A DNA stretch of 38,274 nt from Octopus bimaculoides (taxonomy: Eukaryota). This document shows positions 11,111 to 23,945 of the stretch, in pieces. Numbering within the stretch: the first letter of the stretch is position 1; the number at the start of each line of letters is the position of its first letter. The stretch is from positions 41,814,357 to 41,852,630 of the forward strand of contig NC_068992.1 of assembly GCF_001194135.2 (NCBI RefSeq), read 5' to 3'. Under the pieces are notes generated by a model. The model searched no databases. It saw only the letters and a program-made list of their open reading frames with translations, and was not told the DNA's origin. The position numbers were made by a program, and so were the translations under genes.

Positions 11111-13004
11111 GATGTCATCTACTGCCAAAGTTTTCTCATTAGCTGGGAAATACTCTAAACTTGATTCTCTCTCTCTCTCTCTCTTTTGTGTATTATTTAG
11201 CATTGTATGTTAACCTAAGCGGCCTCATATTCATAATCGTAGCAAACGCTTCCAAAACAAACAGTTGAAAATATAGGATAGAATGTAGAGTTGCATTTGC
11301 ACTTTTGTACTCAATCCGTTGCCAGACAAGTAACTTGTATACATCAGTATTTCAAAGAAATTATGGACAGACTTTCGAGCTTTCGGAGCTGTCACATTCT
11401 TGTTTAAATGACAGTCAGATATTTTCTTGCAATTCAGAACGAAAGTAATCACTTAAGCTTTTACCAATATTAGATGCCTTGTTTTGTGGTTGGAATAAAA
11501 AAAAAACATTAAAACGTGTGATTTAATGTTTGAAAACAACTATGTGGAGAAGCAACTATATAGCTGTGTTATAGTGATTATTATTGCAGAAACGAGCATA
11601 TATCTGGAGTTTGGATTTACATACATATATGCATACATACATACATGCATACATACATACATACAAATGTGGACTGCGACCAAATGATATAATTTATAGA
11701 ATATTATGAAAACATATTTAATATATATTTTATAAATGTTTATGAGTGATTTATTTTATATTTCTTGTTGCATTTCGAGAAGGTCATTATATCAATGATA
11801 CACGCACGCACTGGTTCGGTTTAACTTCTTTATTACTCGTTAAAAGGCTAATATAATAGTGGACTAGTTTGCTCGTTAAATAGTTAAACAATTAACAAAT
11901 AATGGAGTTGTGGAATATACAACTGTATATTAATTATTGGCATAATTACTCCCCCGGTGTACAACAAAGACTGCTTCAACACTGGAGTCTACATAAAATC
12001 AAGAAGGCATTTGCAAAACAAATAAAGATCGTTCGATGATTTTCATCATTTTCTATATATCTGTCTCGCTATTTCTCTATCTCTGTAATTTAATCAGTTA
12101 TCACTAGTCCAACTTAATTAGCTTACCATACGCTCCCAACCGTATATCATTCAAGATTCTGCATCTCTTTCCTTTCCTTTCTGAATGGTGCAATGAACAT
12201 CTGTTACATAGAGATTTTCCATAATCTTGATCTACATCTACAACGTAGTTTTTTTATTCCTTAAGGTTTGGCTGGTTTACTTCTCTCTGTTGCGTAACTT
12301 GGAGTTTCCGAATTTATTAGTAAAGAGTTGAGATCCTCTTTTTGGATGTTAGCAACTGTCCTTTGTCCTTAAAACCATTCTAGCGTTTACAGCGTGAGAA
12401 TTTCGTCCAGATATCTTCATTTAATAATCTTTTAGAAACTAAAAGCATACATTGATGAATTGAGTAATAGATGGATGTATCATTGTATAGTATAGAGCAT
12501 GTTTATTATTTCAGCATCGTGGTTGACAAGTTAGTGTCCACCTGCCTGATCCGATGCATTGTCTAACTTTTATTGCAGCTTTTCCTCTCCACTAGAAATA
12601 TTCTGAGTATCACCCGAGAATTTATGCAACGGAATAATAAGAGAAAACCAATACTTTTTATATCAACATGTTTAAACACAATAAACTCAATATCTACAAT
12701 TATAAAAAAAAACCCATAGGTATCTAATGTATATTATCTGGAGAGAGAGCGATTGTTACCCCCAGCCCATCACAAACATCGACAGGGGCATTAATTGCGT
12801 TCAAGTAATACAACGCATTAAACCGTTTCTTATTTAATTAAAAACCAGCAGCGGAAGCTTTATTTCTAAAAGCTTGGATATCTCGAAGTTGTTAGAGCTA
12901 ATACAACCTAGTTCTGTCTCCATTATAAACTTGTTGTTTACCCTTTTCTTCCATTCTTTGATTTCCTCGATTGCTGCGTTTCACCACAATACATTTTATT
13001 ACCC

Positions 13005-13140
13005 ATTCCATGGCGATCTCTTTAAATCGCCATAAATACACATCACTACCTTCAAAATTCCTAATGCATTTACGCCTAGCTATCATGATAGCAACCTTTT
13101 GAATTATTATATCACGGGATGTTGTTATCCCAATATCATC
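13005..13140 (-). mobile_element. Possible pogo/Tigger transposase relic (CENP-B-type HTH)
   Basis: The minus frame extending ORF 12898-13086 reads GITTSRDIIIQKVAIMIARRKCIRNFEGSDVYLWRFKE. This resembles the CENP-B HTH pattern (iS...Iq.KA...A....i.nF.aS.gWl.RFk). The match is by eye only. Confidence 0.4.
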
Positions 13141-13673
13141 GATGGATATATATATATATAGTATTAAATCTTACCACCGTAGCGCTAGCCTCTTAATTTC
13201 TTATTATTCCATTTTCTAGTTCAGAGATAGGGTCACGTACTACTGTAGATTATTACAACACCTAGAAACGGTGGTGGAAAATACAGTTTGTAAGTTAACA
13301 TATTGAAGGTGAGTGGTTTTTTTCAACAGTACACATCAAATTCATTATTCAGTTTTACTGCACATTTTGGATGTATCAATAAAAACTGGCAACCAAAACA
13401 AATTCTGTTGTGATGCGTATAGTGGTTACTGTCAAGTGTTGTCCTTTCTATCAATATATATATTGTAATATCATTATCATTCTGAATATGCTCGATGCAT
13501 TTTTGAACTGGAGAACAAGCTACTTACTGCGTTTTGTCAGAGAAAATATATCCCGTTTCTTGACAAATGGTATGTATGCAACTATATCAGCTCGCACCGG
13601 CACCTGTGCAGACTGTGAGATGCAAGAATTTCGGAGTAGTTGTCTCCTCTTTGGTCACAGAATCATACGTAGG

Positions 13674-13830
13674 TACGAGGGAGGGTTTAAAGGTTCGATG
13701 CATTTAGTGTTGCAAAAGGCCTAGTTCTTGTCCCAAATTTCCAAGTTCTTTTACAGGGCATATAAAAATTGAAGCACCGCTGCAATAAGAGTGTAAATCT
13801 AACAGGGGAATACGTTGAATGTAAAAATAA
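13674..13830 (+). mobile_element. Mariner-derived MITE, copy C (3' truncated)
   Basis: TA-CGAGGGAGGGTTTAAAGGTTC...GAAGCACCGCTGCAATAAGAGTGTAAATCTAACAGGGGAATACGTTGAA aligns with copies A and B. Confidence 0.8.
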
Positions 13831-14039
13831 AGCTGAAGCAAATTAACTCCAAATATATAGTGTGTGTGTTTTTATTGGTTAAACTGGCAATATGACCATC
13901 CCCAAATACAACAACATCTGTTTGAACAAACGATTTCACATCAAGAATCTTGCAAAACGAATATATAAACGTATATATACATACATATATAAGTTTATAT
14001 ATTCGTTTATATATTATATTATATATATATATATTATAT

Positions 14040-14075
<36 letters not shown>

Positions 14076-14092
14076 CATATATATATAATATA

Positions 14093-14127
<35 letters not shown>

Positions 14128-14713
14128 NNNNNNNNNNNNNNNNNNNNNNNNNNNNNNNNNNNNNNNNNNNNNNNNNNNNNNNNNNNNNNNNNNNNNNNNN
14201 NNNNNNNNNNNNNNNNNNNNNNNNNNNNNNNNNNNNNNNNNNNNNNNNNNNNNNNNNNNNNNNNNNNNNNNNNNNNNNNNNNNNNNNNNNNNNNNNNNNN
14301 NNNNNNNNNNNNNNNNNNNNNNNNNNNNNNNNNNNNNNNNNNNNNNNNNNNNNNNNNNNNNNNNNNNNNNNNNNNNNNNNNNNNNNNNNNNNNNNNNNNN
14401 NNNNNNNNNNNNNNNNNNNNNNNNNNNNNNNNNNNNNNNNNNNNNNNNNNNNNNNNNNNNNNNNNNNNNNNNNNNNNNNNNNNNNNNNNNNNNNNNNNNN
14501 NNNNNNNNNNNNNNNNNNNNNNNNNNNNNNNNNNNNNNNNNNNNNNNNNNNNNNNNNNNNNNNNNNNNNNNNNNNNNNNNNNNNNNNNNNNNNNNNNNNN
14601 NNNNNNNNNNNNNNNNNNNNNNNNNNNNNNNNNNNNNNNNNNNNNNNNNNNNNNNNNNNNNNNNNNNNNNNNNNNNNNNNNNNNNNNNNNNNNNNNNNNN
14701 NNNNNNNNNNNNN

Positions 14714-14768
<55 letters not shown>

Positions 14769-15244
14769 TACACACACACACACACATACACACACACACA
14801 GAGCCACAAACATATATATATATATGTATTTGTTATGAAAATATAGATATGTAAATAATATACAAAAATAGAACGGTCCTACCTATGATATTTTGTCGTT
14901 ATCAGAGTAAAGTCACGTAAAACTATTTGCGTGATAGAAATACAAACTGTTCACAGAAGTCACACGTTTATACAAATTAGCCGTTCTTCACCCGTGAAGG
15001 ACTAAGGCCAGGTAAATTTCTCTAATTATTTTACGTGCTTATGTAATTGAGGATCCTTCCACAAGGACAATATACGTCGTCCGGTCAAGTGATTGGATTA
15101 CGCATCTCATGATTTTGAGTCGAATTCTATAATCATCAAGCTACGGATATTAACCATCTCTCTCCCTCTCTCTTTCTGTCTCCTTTTGGCTCCTTCTCTC
15201 TGTCTCTTTCTCTCACTCTCTCTTTAAGTTTATCTCTGTTGCAG

Positions 15245-15290
<46 letters not shown>

Positions 15291-16529
15291 ACAGTCATAA
15301 AGTTGTCATTATAGTACTCGGAGTTTCGAATGTCAGAGCGAAGAGCTACGATGCATTCTCGTCGGCTATTAAAGGCAATAGACGCTATGAAAAACCGTTG
15401 AATAAAAGGGAAGTCACTCTAATAGATAGAAAAAGAAAAGAAAAAAAGATAAAAGATAAAAAATACACGCAACGACATTCTCACAATACATAAACATAAA
15501 ACCTCCTGCGTTCATAACNNNNNNNNNNNNNNNNNNNNNNNNNNNNNNNNNNNNNNNNNNNNNNNNNNNNNNNNNNNNNNNNNNNNNNNNNNNNNNNNNN
15601 NNNNNNNNNNNNNNNNNNNNNNNNNNNNNNNNNNNNNNNNNNNNNNNNNNNNNNNNNNNNNNNNNNNNNNNNNNNNNNNNNNNNNNNNNNNNNNNNNNNN
15701 NNNNNNNNNNNNNNNNNNNNNNNNNNNNNNNNNNNNNNNNNNNNNNNNNNNNNNNNNNNNNNNNNNNNNNNNNNNNNNNNNNNNNNNNNNNNNNNNNNNN
15801 NNNNNNNNNNNNNNNNNNNNNNNNNNNNNNNNNNNNNNNNNNNNNNNNNNNNNNNNNNNNNNNNNNNNNNNNNNNNNNNNNNNNNNNNNNNNNNNNNNNN
15901 NNNNNNNNNNNNNNNNNNNNNNNNNNNNNNNNNNNNNNNNNNNNNNNNNNNNNNNNNNNNNNNNNNNNNNNNNNNNNNNNNNNNNNNNNNNNNNNNNNNN
16001 NNNNNNNNNNNNNNNNNNNNNNNNNNNNNNNNNNNNNNNNNNNNNNNNNNNNNNNNNNNNNNNNNNNNNNNNNNNNNNNNNNNNNNNNNNNNNNNNNNNN
16101 NNNNNNNNNNNNNNNNNNNNNNNNNNNNNNNNNNNNNNNNNNNNNNNNNNNNNNNNNNNNNNNNNNNNNNNNNNNNNNNNNNNNNNNNNNNNNNNNNNNN
16201 NNNNNNNNNNNNNNNNNNNNNNNNNNNNNNNNNNNNNNNNNNNNNNNNNNNNNNNNNNNNNNNNNNNNNNNNNNNNNNNNNNNNNNNNNNNNNNNNNNNN
16301 NNNNNNNNNNNNNNNNNNNNNNNNNNNNNNNNNNNNNNNNNNNNNNNNNNNNNNNNNNNNNNNNNNNNNNNNNNNNNNNNNNNNNNNNNNNNNNNNNNNN
16401 NNNNNNNNNNNNNNNNNNNNNNNNNNNNNNNNNNNNNNNNNNNNNNNNNNNNGCATTTAACAACACAGTTAACAACTCAGAGTTCTTTTTCTCTAAAATA
16501 ATATAAAAGCATTTACCACAACGAAGTTT

Positions 16530-17150
16530 GTTTCCTTCAGGTCTGCTACTTCCACTGACCAAGGCAGTCTGCCACTACAATTCCGTCTCTCTCTGTTCCT
16601 CTCTCTCTCTATACATTTCTGCTGACCATAGCTTTATCCGTCAGACTTATAATCCTTCATCTTCATTTCTCTGTCCCTCTCTCTCTCTGGGACTCTATGC
16701 GTTTCTGCTGACCAAGGCTTTCTGTCTGTCAGACTTATTCTTCTCACTGGACTGGCCCCATCTCAACGGGCAAACTGCTGTCTCCCAACCGCTCCGGCTG
16801 GCTGCTACAACCCAACTGCCTCGGCTAGCTGCTACCGCTCGACTGCCCCGCTGGCTACCAGAACTCCACTGGCCAAATTCTCTGCTAATTCCTTGGCCGT
16901 CAATTTCTGTCCTCCTATTCATCCCAAATACCATAGCTCATTGTGCTACTTTACCCCCCTACCAAGATGGGTCGGTCGGTACATTCCTATCCTGCCGTTT
17001 TTGAACTTTCGCTGACCGGAAAGGGGCAGCTACGCTAAAAATAGCTGTAGTTGCCGACAAGACAAAGGAAATACCATTCTCCCCAACTGACCAGAGTACG
17101 GGTCCAAAACCCAGCCCGGGAGATAGGGATATAATGCCAACTGTATTTTC
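16530..17150. repeat. Unclassified GC-richer block with internal direct repeats (possible LTR/5' UTR of a retroelement)
   Basis: Two 34-36 bp repeats lie at 16616-16649 and 16702-16737, and tandem 27-bp units at 16795-16821 and 16822-16848. No recognisable protein motif was found. Confidence 0.4.
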
Positions 17151-17289
17151 GGTCATCGCATCAATATATATGTGTGTATGTGTTTGTGTGTGTATATGTA
17201 TGTGTGTGTGTGCACGCAAATTCATCCTCATATACACATAGGTGTCTGCATGCATACATATATATTTATCCAGTTATATATGTTTCTCA

Positions 17290-17565
17290 ACAGAAGAAGG
17301 TGTCAGTTACAGGATTTACTGGATGATCTTGTCCAAGTGTAAACCTTACACCAACGGTAGTGGCTAGTGCGGTCTTTGTAATATAGAAAGACGGTTCATC
17401 TGGAAACGTTCCTTGGACCCCGCTACATGTCTAAATTCAATAACTGGAATTTTTGGACCATGTCCACATGTGACAAAATACCTGTTACGGTTTTGGGCTC
17501 TCCAGGATCTCGGACAGAAACCGCATTTTTACTATGTTCTTGTACAAGCTTTCCATATGTCTTAA
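17290..17565 (+). mobile_element. Penelope-like element, C-terminal GIY-YIG endonuclease region fragment
   Basis: The frame from 17290 reads TEEGVSYRIYWMILSKCKPYTNGSG*CGLCNIERRFIW...CLNSITGIFGPCPHVTKYLL. This matches the PLE C-terminal pattern Y.I.W.Il.kc.pY......C.LC..E...I....LN.r.E....C.H..K.LL. There is one internal stop at 17365-17367, so the ORF track misses it. Confidence 0.8.
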
Positions 17566-18543
17566 CATTTAAAAATTTTATATATATATGTATGTATCTT
17601 TCTATTTTCTTTCCTTTTTAATTATGTGAATGTGTATGTGTGAGTATATGTATATGTATGTATATATTTCATATATGTATATGGGTGTGCGTCTGTGTCC
17701 GGTGCATAAGCGCCACTTTCATGCACACGTCCCCTTCATTAATACGGATATGTATATGTTTGTATACGGGTGTAGTTACGTGATAGCAGGATGCATATAT
17801 ATATATATATANNNNNNNNNNNNNNNNNNNNNNNNNNNNNNNNNNNNNNNNNNNNNNNNNNNNNNNNNNNNNNNNNNNNNNNNNNNNNNNNNNNNNNNNN
17901 NNNNNNNNNNNNNNNNNNNNNNNNNNNNNNNNNNNNNNNNNNNNNNNNNNNNNNNNNNNNNNNNNNNNNNNNNNNNNNNNNNNNNNNNNNNNNNNNNNNN
18001 NNNNNNNNNNNNNNNNNNNNNNNNNNNNNNNNNNNNNNNNNNNNNNNNNNNNNNNNNNNNNNNNNNNNNNNNNNNNNNNNNNNNNNNNNNNNNNNNNNNN
18101 NNNNNNNNNNNNNNNNNNNNNNNNNNNNNNNNNNNNNNNNNNNNNNNNNNNNNNNNNNNNNNNNNNNNNNNNNNNNNNNNNNNNNNNNNNNNNNNNNNNN
18201 NNNNNNNNNNNNNNNNNNNNNNNNNNNNNNNNNNNNNNNNNNNNNNNNNNNNNNNNNNNNNNNNNNNNNNNNNNNNNNNNNNNNNNNNNNNNNNNNNNNN
18301 NNNNNNNNNNNNNNNNNNNNNNNNNNNNNNNNNNNNNNNNNNNNNNNNNNNNNNNNNNNNNNNNNNNNNNNNNNNNNNNNNNNNNNNNNNNNNNNNNNNN
18401 NNNNNNNNNNNNNNNNNNNNNNNNNNNNNNNNNNNNNNNNNNNNNNNNNNNNNNNNNNNNNNNNNNNNNNNNNNNNNNNNNNNNNNNNNNNNNNNNNNNN
18501 NNNNNNNNNNNNNNNNNNNNNNNNNNNNNNNNNNNNNNNNNNN

Positions 18544-18590
<47 letters not shown>

Positions 18591-18990
18591 GAATGGAAAG
18601 TATGTCGAATGTTTGCGAAACAGAACCTGTCGTGTAAATGCAAATCCATCTATACTTTTCTTATTTCTTTTGTAAGGAGCGAATCATTTCTGTCATGGAT
18701 CTACGATAGATACCCGCACATGCGTACGCTTACACATACACTCTCGCATACTCTCACAACACAGACAGACGCACACACACACACTCACTCGCACACTTAG
18801 ACACGTGCATCAGTTTGCGTATGTAGCATGTATGTCTGATTTTACGTGTGATAGACTTTCGACTGTATGCTTGTTGCGTGAGAGTGTGAGAGCATATTTA
18901 GCGGCAATAACGCGCATACACACATACGAATACATATGTAAGTGTATCTCTCTCTCCCTGTCTCTCTCTCCATGTCTCTATCTCCCTGTC

Positions 18991-19046
<56 letters not shown>

Positions 19047-20799
19047 NNNNNNNNNNNNNNNNNNNNNNNNNNNNNNNNNNNNNNNNNNNNNNNNNNNNNN
19101 NNNNNNNNNNNNNNNNNNNNNNNNNNNNNNNNNNNNNNNNNNNNNNNNNNNNNNNNNNNNNNNNNNNNNNNNNNNNNNNNNNNNNNNNNNNNNNNNNNNN
19201 NNNNNNNNNNNNNNNNNNNNNNNNNNNNNNNNNNNNNNNNNNNNNNNNNNNNNNNNNNNNNNNNNNNNNNNNNNNNNNNNNNNNNNNNNNNNNNNNNNNN
19301 NNNNNNNNNNNNNNNNNNNNNNNNNNNNNNNNNNNNNNNNNNNNNNNNNNNNNNNNNNNNNNNNNNNNNNNNNNNNNNNNNNNNNNNNNNNNNNNNNNNN
19401 NNNNNNNNNNNNNNNNNNNNNNNNNNNNNNNNNNNNNNNNNNNNNNNNNNNNNNNNNNNNNNNNNNNNNNNNNNNNNNNNNNNNNNNNNNNNNNNNNNNN
19501 NNNNNNNNNNNNNNNNNNNNNNNNNNNNNNNNNNNNNNNNNNNNNNNNNNNNNNNNNNNNNNNNNNNNNNNNNNNNNNNNNNNNNNNNNNNNNNNNNNNN
19601 NNNNNNNNNNNNNNNNNNNNNNNNNNNNNNNNNNNNNNNNNNNNNNNNNNNNNNNNNNNNNNNNNNNNNNNNNNNNNNNNNNNNNNNNNNNNNNNNNNNN
19701 NNNNNNNNNNNNNNNNNNNNNAAATGGCTTATAAACACCTTCCACGCTGCAATTGTATATATATAATTTTCCAGTAAATTTTGTAATCGTTACAAATATA
19801 GCATAATACTTCACCCCAAAGGATCATTGATTAGATTCCTTAAGGATCGTTTTCATTGTTTATATTTCCAAGGTTTCAAATTTGTATATTTAAAAACGAT
19901 AGAGACTTTCAACTCGATCGATTTTTATTCCATTTATTTAATTATTTACCATTCGATGTCAACATTTCTGTGCTCAACTCTATCCAGCGACTGATCCGTT
20001 GGATGTCTGACGTTTGGCACTTCCTCAGGAATGGCTTCCATTAGAACAAATGACCAAAAACACAATTATCTATAAGAACAGATTAATAAAAATTATTTAA
20101 CTATACTGTTCTTCCGCCATGCTGTCTTGGTTATGTTTTGATTATGATATACAGGGGAGGTAACTCCTTAATCTGTTCTATTGTTATCGCTCTCCTGTGA
20201 ATGTCTACTAGATTAATTTATTTTATTTATTTATTTATTTATTAATTTATTAATGCCTATTGATTATCCCCGATAGGTAGATTATTTTTGTTGCCCCTGG
20301 GAGGCTATCATTGCTATTATTTTATTTTACATTAATACTGTGTCTCATTATTGGGCTAAGAGAATTTTATCCAGAAATCATTGATCCTAGGAATCTTTTC
20401 AAGCTCCATCACTGATATATTCAATAATATTTCAATATATTATCATTATTTGCTATTACCATTATATTCTATGGGTTTTATACTAAGATTTGAACCTCAT
20501 CTTTTCTTATTAAAATCCCCAGTTTGTTATCTTATTCCCAGTTTCTATTTTAATTTAATATCTACCTTTATCATGGTTGGGTCATGCACTTATATTCTGT
20601 TTAGAGATCTAACAATTGGCTGTATTGTACTGTACTGTATTACCTGTTCCACTTCTCTTCTTTATATCTAATCTATACTGAGTTGTTCTTAGGTCTGGGT
20701 AGCAAATTCCCAGCCGCCGCTTACATCCTTACTACAATTCTTTCTATATGGTCTGCTTCCATCCTTACTATTGTGTGTGCTCACAAACTCATCTCCTAC

Positions 20800-20839
20800 T
20801 CTTCTTCTTCTTCTTCTTCTTCTTCTTCTTCTTCTTCTT

Positions 20840-20902
<63 letters not shown>
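20800..20902. repeat. (CTT)n-(TAT)n compound microsatellite
   Basis: Direct reading. It is the source of the poly-R/K/S/Y/L ORFs. Confidence 0.95.
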
Positions 20903-20905
<3 letters not shown>

Positions 20906-21899
20906 AGTAATCCTATATTGANNNNNNNNNNNNNNNNNNNNNNNNNNNNNNNNNNNNNNNNNNNNNNNNNNNNNNNNNNNNNNNNNNNNNNNNNNNNNNN
21001 NNNNNNNNNNNNTATATATATATATATATATATGCATGTATGTATATGTGAGGATGCACACACAGTCACCCTCACAGACATACATAAGTTAATAAGAACG
21101 AAGTTTCATTATGAATTGACGACATCAATTCAGTGTCTCAAATATAAATATTTTTGTTTAAAACGAAAATGCGTTCTTTTAGAAATCAAATTCCATTCAC
21201 TCATTGAAATATTTGTCCCTAACGGATAGTAATTCTGCGTATTTCCGTAATTTGTCTCATATGAACGAAGAATATAACAGTAGCAGTTAAATTAAACCTT
21301 AGAAGGCAGGTAACAACATGAAATAACTTAAAATACTACACGCAGTGTGTTCTGTAAAGTTATTTTGTAAATGAACAAAATAGTGATTTTTCACGTGTAA
21401 TGGCGTTATCTCACTATAATAATTACAACAATTTTTGATAATAACTGCAGAGATATGAGACACAATACAAATATCAGGTTTCATATAGTGTCTCATATTC
21501 TAATTAAAGATTCAAGTTGGCCAAGAATGTATCAACAATTTTACTGAGTATTTTGTTAAGCTCATTACGCAATCAATTCGTTTCGCATAAAATCGCATTG
21601 TATTGTACGTTAAATGAATGTCTTCTACTACAGTAGCAGCATAATTTACGAGGAAAATTTGATAAATGGAATCATGTATGTATATTCCATTCTGTTTTTA
21701 ATTAATTGAACGCTAGCTGCAAGGAAGAAACTGGTTTCTTACACAGACACAAAGTTCCATCTCTGGAATACAGATAACAAAAACCAAGTCACATGTACGT
21801 ACATATGTATATATATATTTCTTAGAATTCTTTTTCAAATTCTCATGATAGTCCAAGCTGGTCTCTAAGAAAGCGACAATATTTTTGTGATAAGAGAGT

Positions 21900-23535
21900 T
21901 CCCGGTGTTTGTAAATACGTGGTTGAGTTGGTGTGTCGATGAACACACCCGAGTCTTTGCATTTATCCACATAAGAGTCTCAGGTGGATAACGTAATGGA
22001 ATGTTTTACAAACTTTCACTGTACCACTATTTGATTAGATTTGAAGAATCCGCGTTAGTCTCTTCTGCTCTTTCTGCATGAAACTGAGTGCTTAGATTTT
22101 TCTTCAAATTCCTCGGTATTCCCATGCACCTACGATGATCGGTACAAATGAGTCCTCAGCCAGTGCACTAGGGCTGTAAGTTCCGCTTTAATTCACCATA
22201 AATGTTCGGGTTTTCCTGGAGTTTTGATTGTACATTCACATACCATGGGTATGTGGATCTTTACAACAGTGCATGCCTCTTCTCCCCGTCCCCACAGAAC
22301 AATACCAGGTCTGTCATATTTGCAGCGAAATGCTGTTTTTATTGGAGTGCCCTACAAGTATTCATTGTTTTTAAAAGGGTGAATACCTATTGATTCTAAC
22401 ATGCCTCTGGTGGTTAGGCCCGGACAGTCCTTTCTGGGGATAGCGTTGTAAATAACTTTTGCAACTATGCCTTAAGGCAGGCTCTATGTCCTAGACACTT
22501 TGAGGCAACTGCTGCTGATGTGGTTGACATCTTCCACACTGGTGTAGAAAAAACGACATTTTCTTTTATCAAAACGTGGAGGTTTCACGGTATGTTTGTC
22601 TCTTGTTTATCAGGTATTTAGTAGCTGTAACCTCTTCCTGGATATACAAGACATATCCTTCTACGTGGGTTGCAAAGTATCATTTTGCTGGTATAATGCC
22701 TACTTCTCCTCCGAGCTTCTATTTAAGTTGGTTAGTGCAATCACCTTTGATTTAAATGAAAAAGTAGTATTCTCAAAGTACCTGTGCCGTAGATCTTTTC
22801 CAACTTTGAAGATGCCGTTGCTCTCATTTGGAAAATGTACTCATTTTTTGTTTGCTGCTTAGCAGGTGCTGTCTGACTGATACAATGCGACATTCAAAGA
22901 CTATTTAAACTGATCGAATACTTCTACGGCCATCGCTTCGTCTTACATAGATCCTATCGGTGTCATTGTTCGCTTGGAATTTGCCACTGGTGATCAGAGC
23001 CTTTCTTGCTTTGATGTCCTGGCAGCATATTTCGTCGTGTATGCAGTCCAATATTCCAAATATTGGTACTAGCACTGGCACTACAAAAGCAATATCAGTA
23101 TGGTCTTGTTAAATGCGGACAGCTCTGAGTTCCATATTATCCGGAGTCTAAGGACTCTTTTCTTATTCTGGCTTTAGTGTCAGTATGCAACATTCTCATC
23201 GATCCCGAAGTATTTCTACTTTTCATCATTAAAGACAGAAGAGATAGACAAGACGTTGATCTACATGTCTGTCTGCTTGATAAGCTTTCCTGGGCTGAGT
23301 ATCATGTATGAGCATTTATCTTGCCCAAACTACATTCGTATATCTCGTGAGAATATTGTGATTGGTTCTAACTGTCTCATGATGTTGACCATATTATCAA
23401 AATATAATTTTAAGTTATCAACAACAAATCTGTGGCTGGCATTCATTTTATTCTTTTCTACATATCTCAGCCTGTAGCCTTTGCATTTTAGTAACACAGC
23501 TGACAAGGTGTTCACTACCGCTAAAAAAACACAAG
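21900..23535 (-). mobile_element. R4/Dong-clade retrotransposon C, 5'-truncated and heavily decayed
   Basis: The RT reads SHRFVVDNLKLY..FSRDIRM*FGQDKC...KYFGIDEN. The post-RT region reads VVPVLVPIFGILD..NDTDRIYVRRSDG..FECRIVSVRQHLL. A degraded zinc finger KCRF...EDVNHISSSC and an RLE region DRPGIVLW..VPIIVGA follow, across many frameshifts. Confidence 0.85.
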
Positions 23536-23539
23536 GTAT

Positions 23540-23606
<67 letters not shown>

Positions 23607-23789
23607 TATAATGTATGTGCGCGCGCATATATGCAGTATATGTAAGTTGGTTTCTAACAAATGGTCATTATTATTGTTATGCTTAAACTAAATACCTCAC
23701 ACATGCACACACCCAATTGTTTTTGCTTTTCATTTTAGGTACTAGTTTTCGAAGCATGTAAAGGCTTTATGTAACAGCATGTAAATTAT

Positions 23790-23945
23790 TTAGAAAATTA
23801 CTATTTCTAAATCTCACAACGAGAGATATTCAACAACAGTACTAGATGAAGGGAAATAACCCGGAAATCGCGATTCACTGATATTGTTTTGAGCTGAGTG
23901 GGGGCGCTAGATTTCCTTGTTCGAAAATATAAGGTCAGACATCGT
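23790..23945 (+). mobile_element. Solo PLE pseudo-LTR relic
   Basis: TTAGAAAATTACTATTTCTAAATCTCACAACGAGAGAT matches the reverse complement of about 29550-29584, with a 14-nt exact core TATTTCTAAATCTC. GCTGAGTGGGGGCGCTAG..TAAGG matches the reverse complement of about 29322-29364. A hammerhead-like motif lies between the two blocks. Confidence 0.65.
23831..23886 (+). ncRNA. Degenerate minimal type I hammerhead ribozyme
   Basis: The layout is CAACAACAGTA-CTAGATGA-AGGGAAATAACCCG-GAAA-TCGCGA-TT-CACTGATATTG. Stem I pairs 8/11, stem II is GGG/CCC and stem III is the palindrome ATCGCGAT. The CUGAUGA box has a 1-nt insertion, so it is probably inactive. Confidence 0.55.

Noticed and set aside
13541-13569. 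Candidate 29-bp micro-exon (TTTTGTCAG ... GTATGT)
   Set aside because: Splice-like signals alone are common in AT-rich DNA, and there are no partner exons or recognisable peptide.
20400-20620. Possible APE endonuclease relic (ISA..P and GDFN on the minus strand)
   Set aside because: The spacing is too short and the region is riddled with stops; it cannot be supported by eye.
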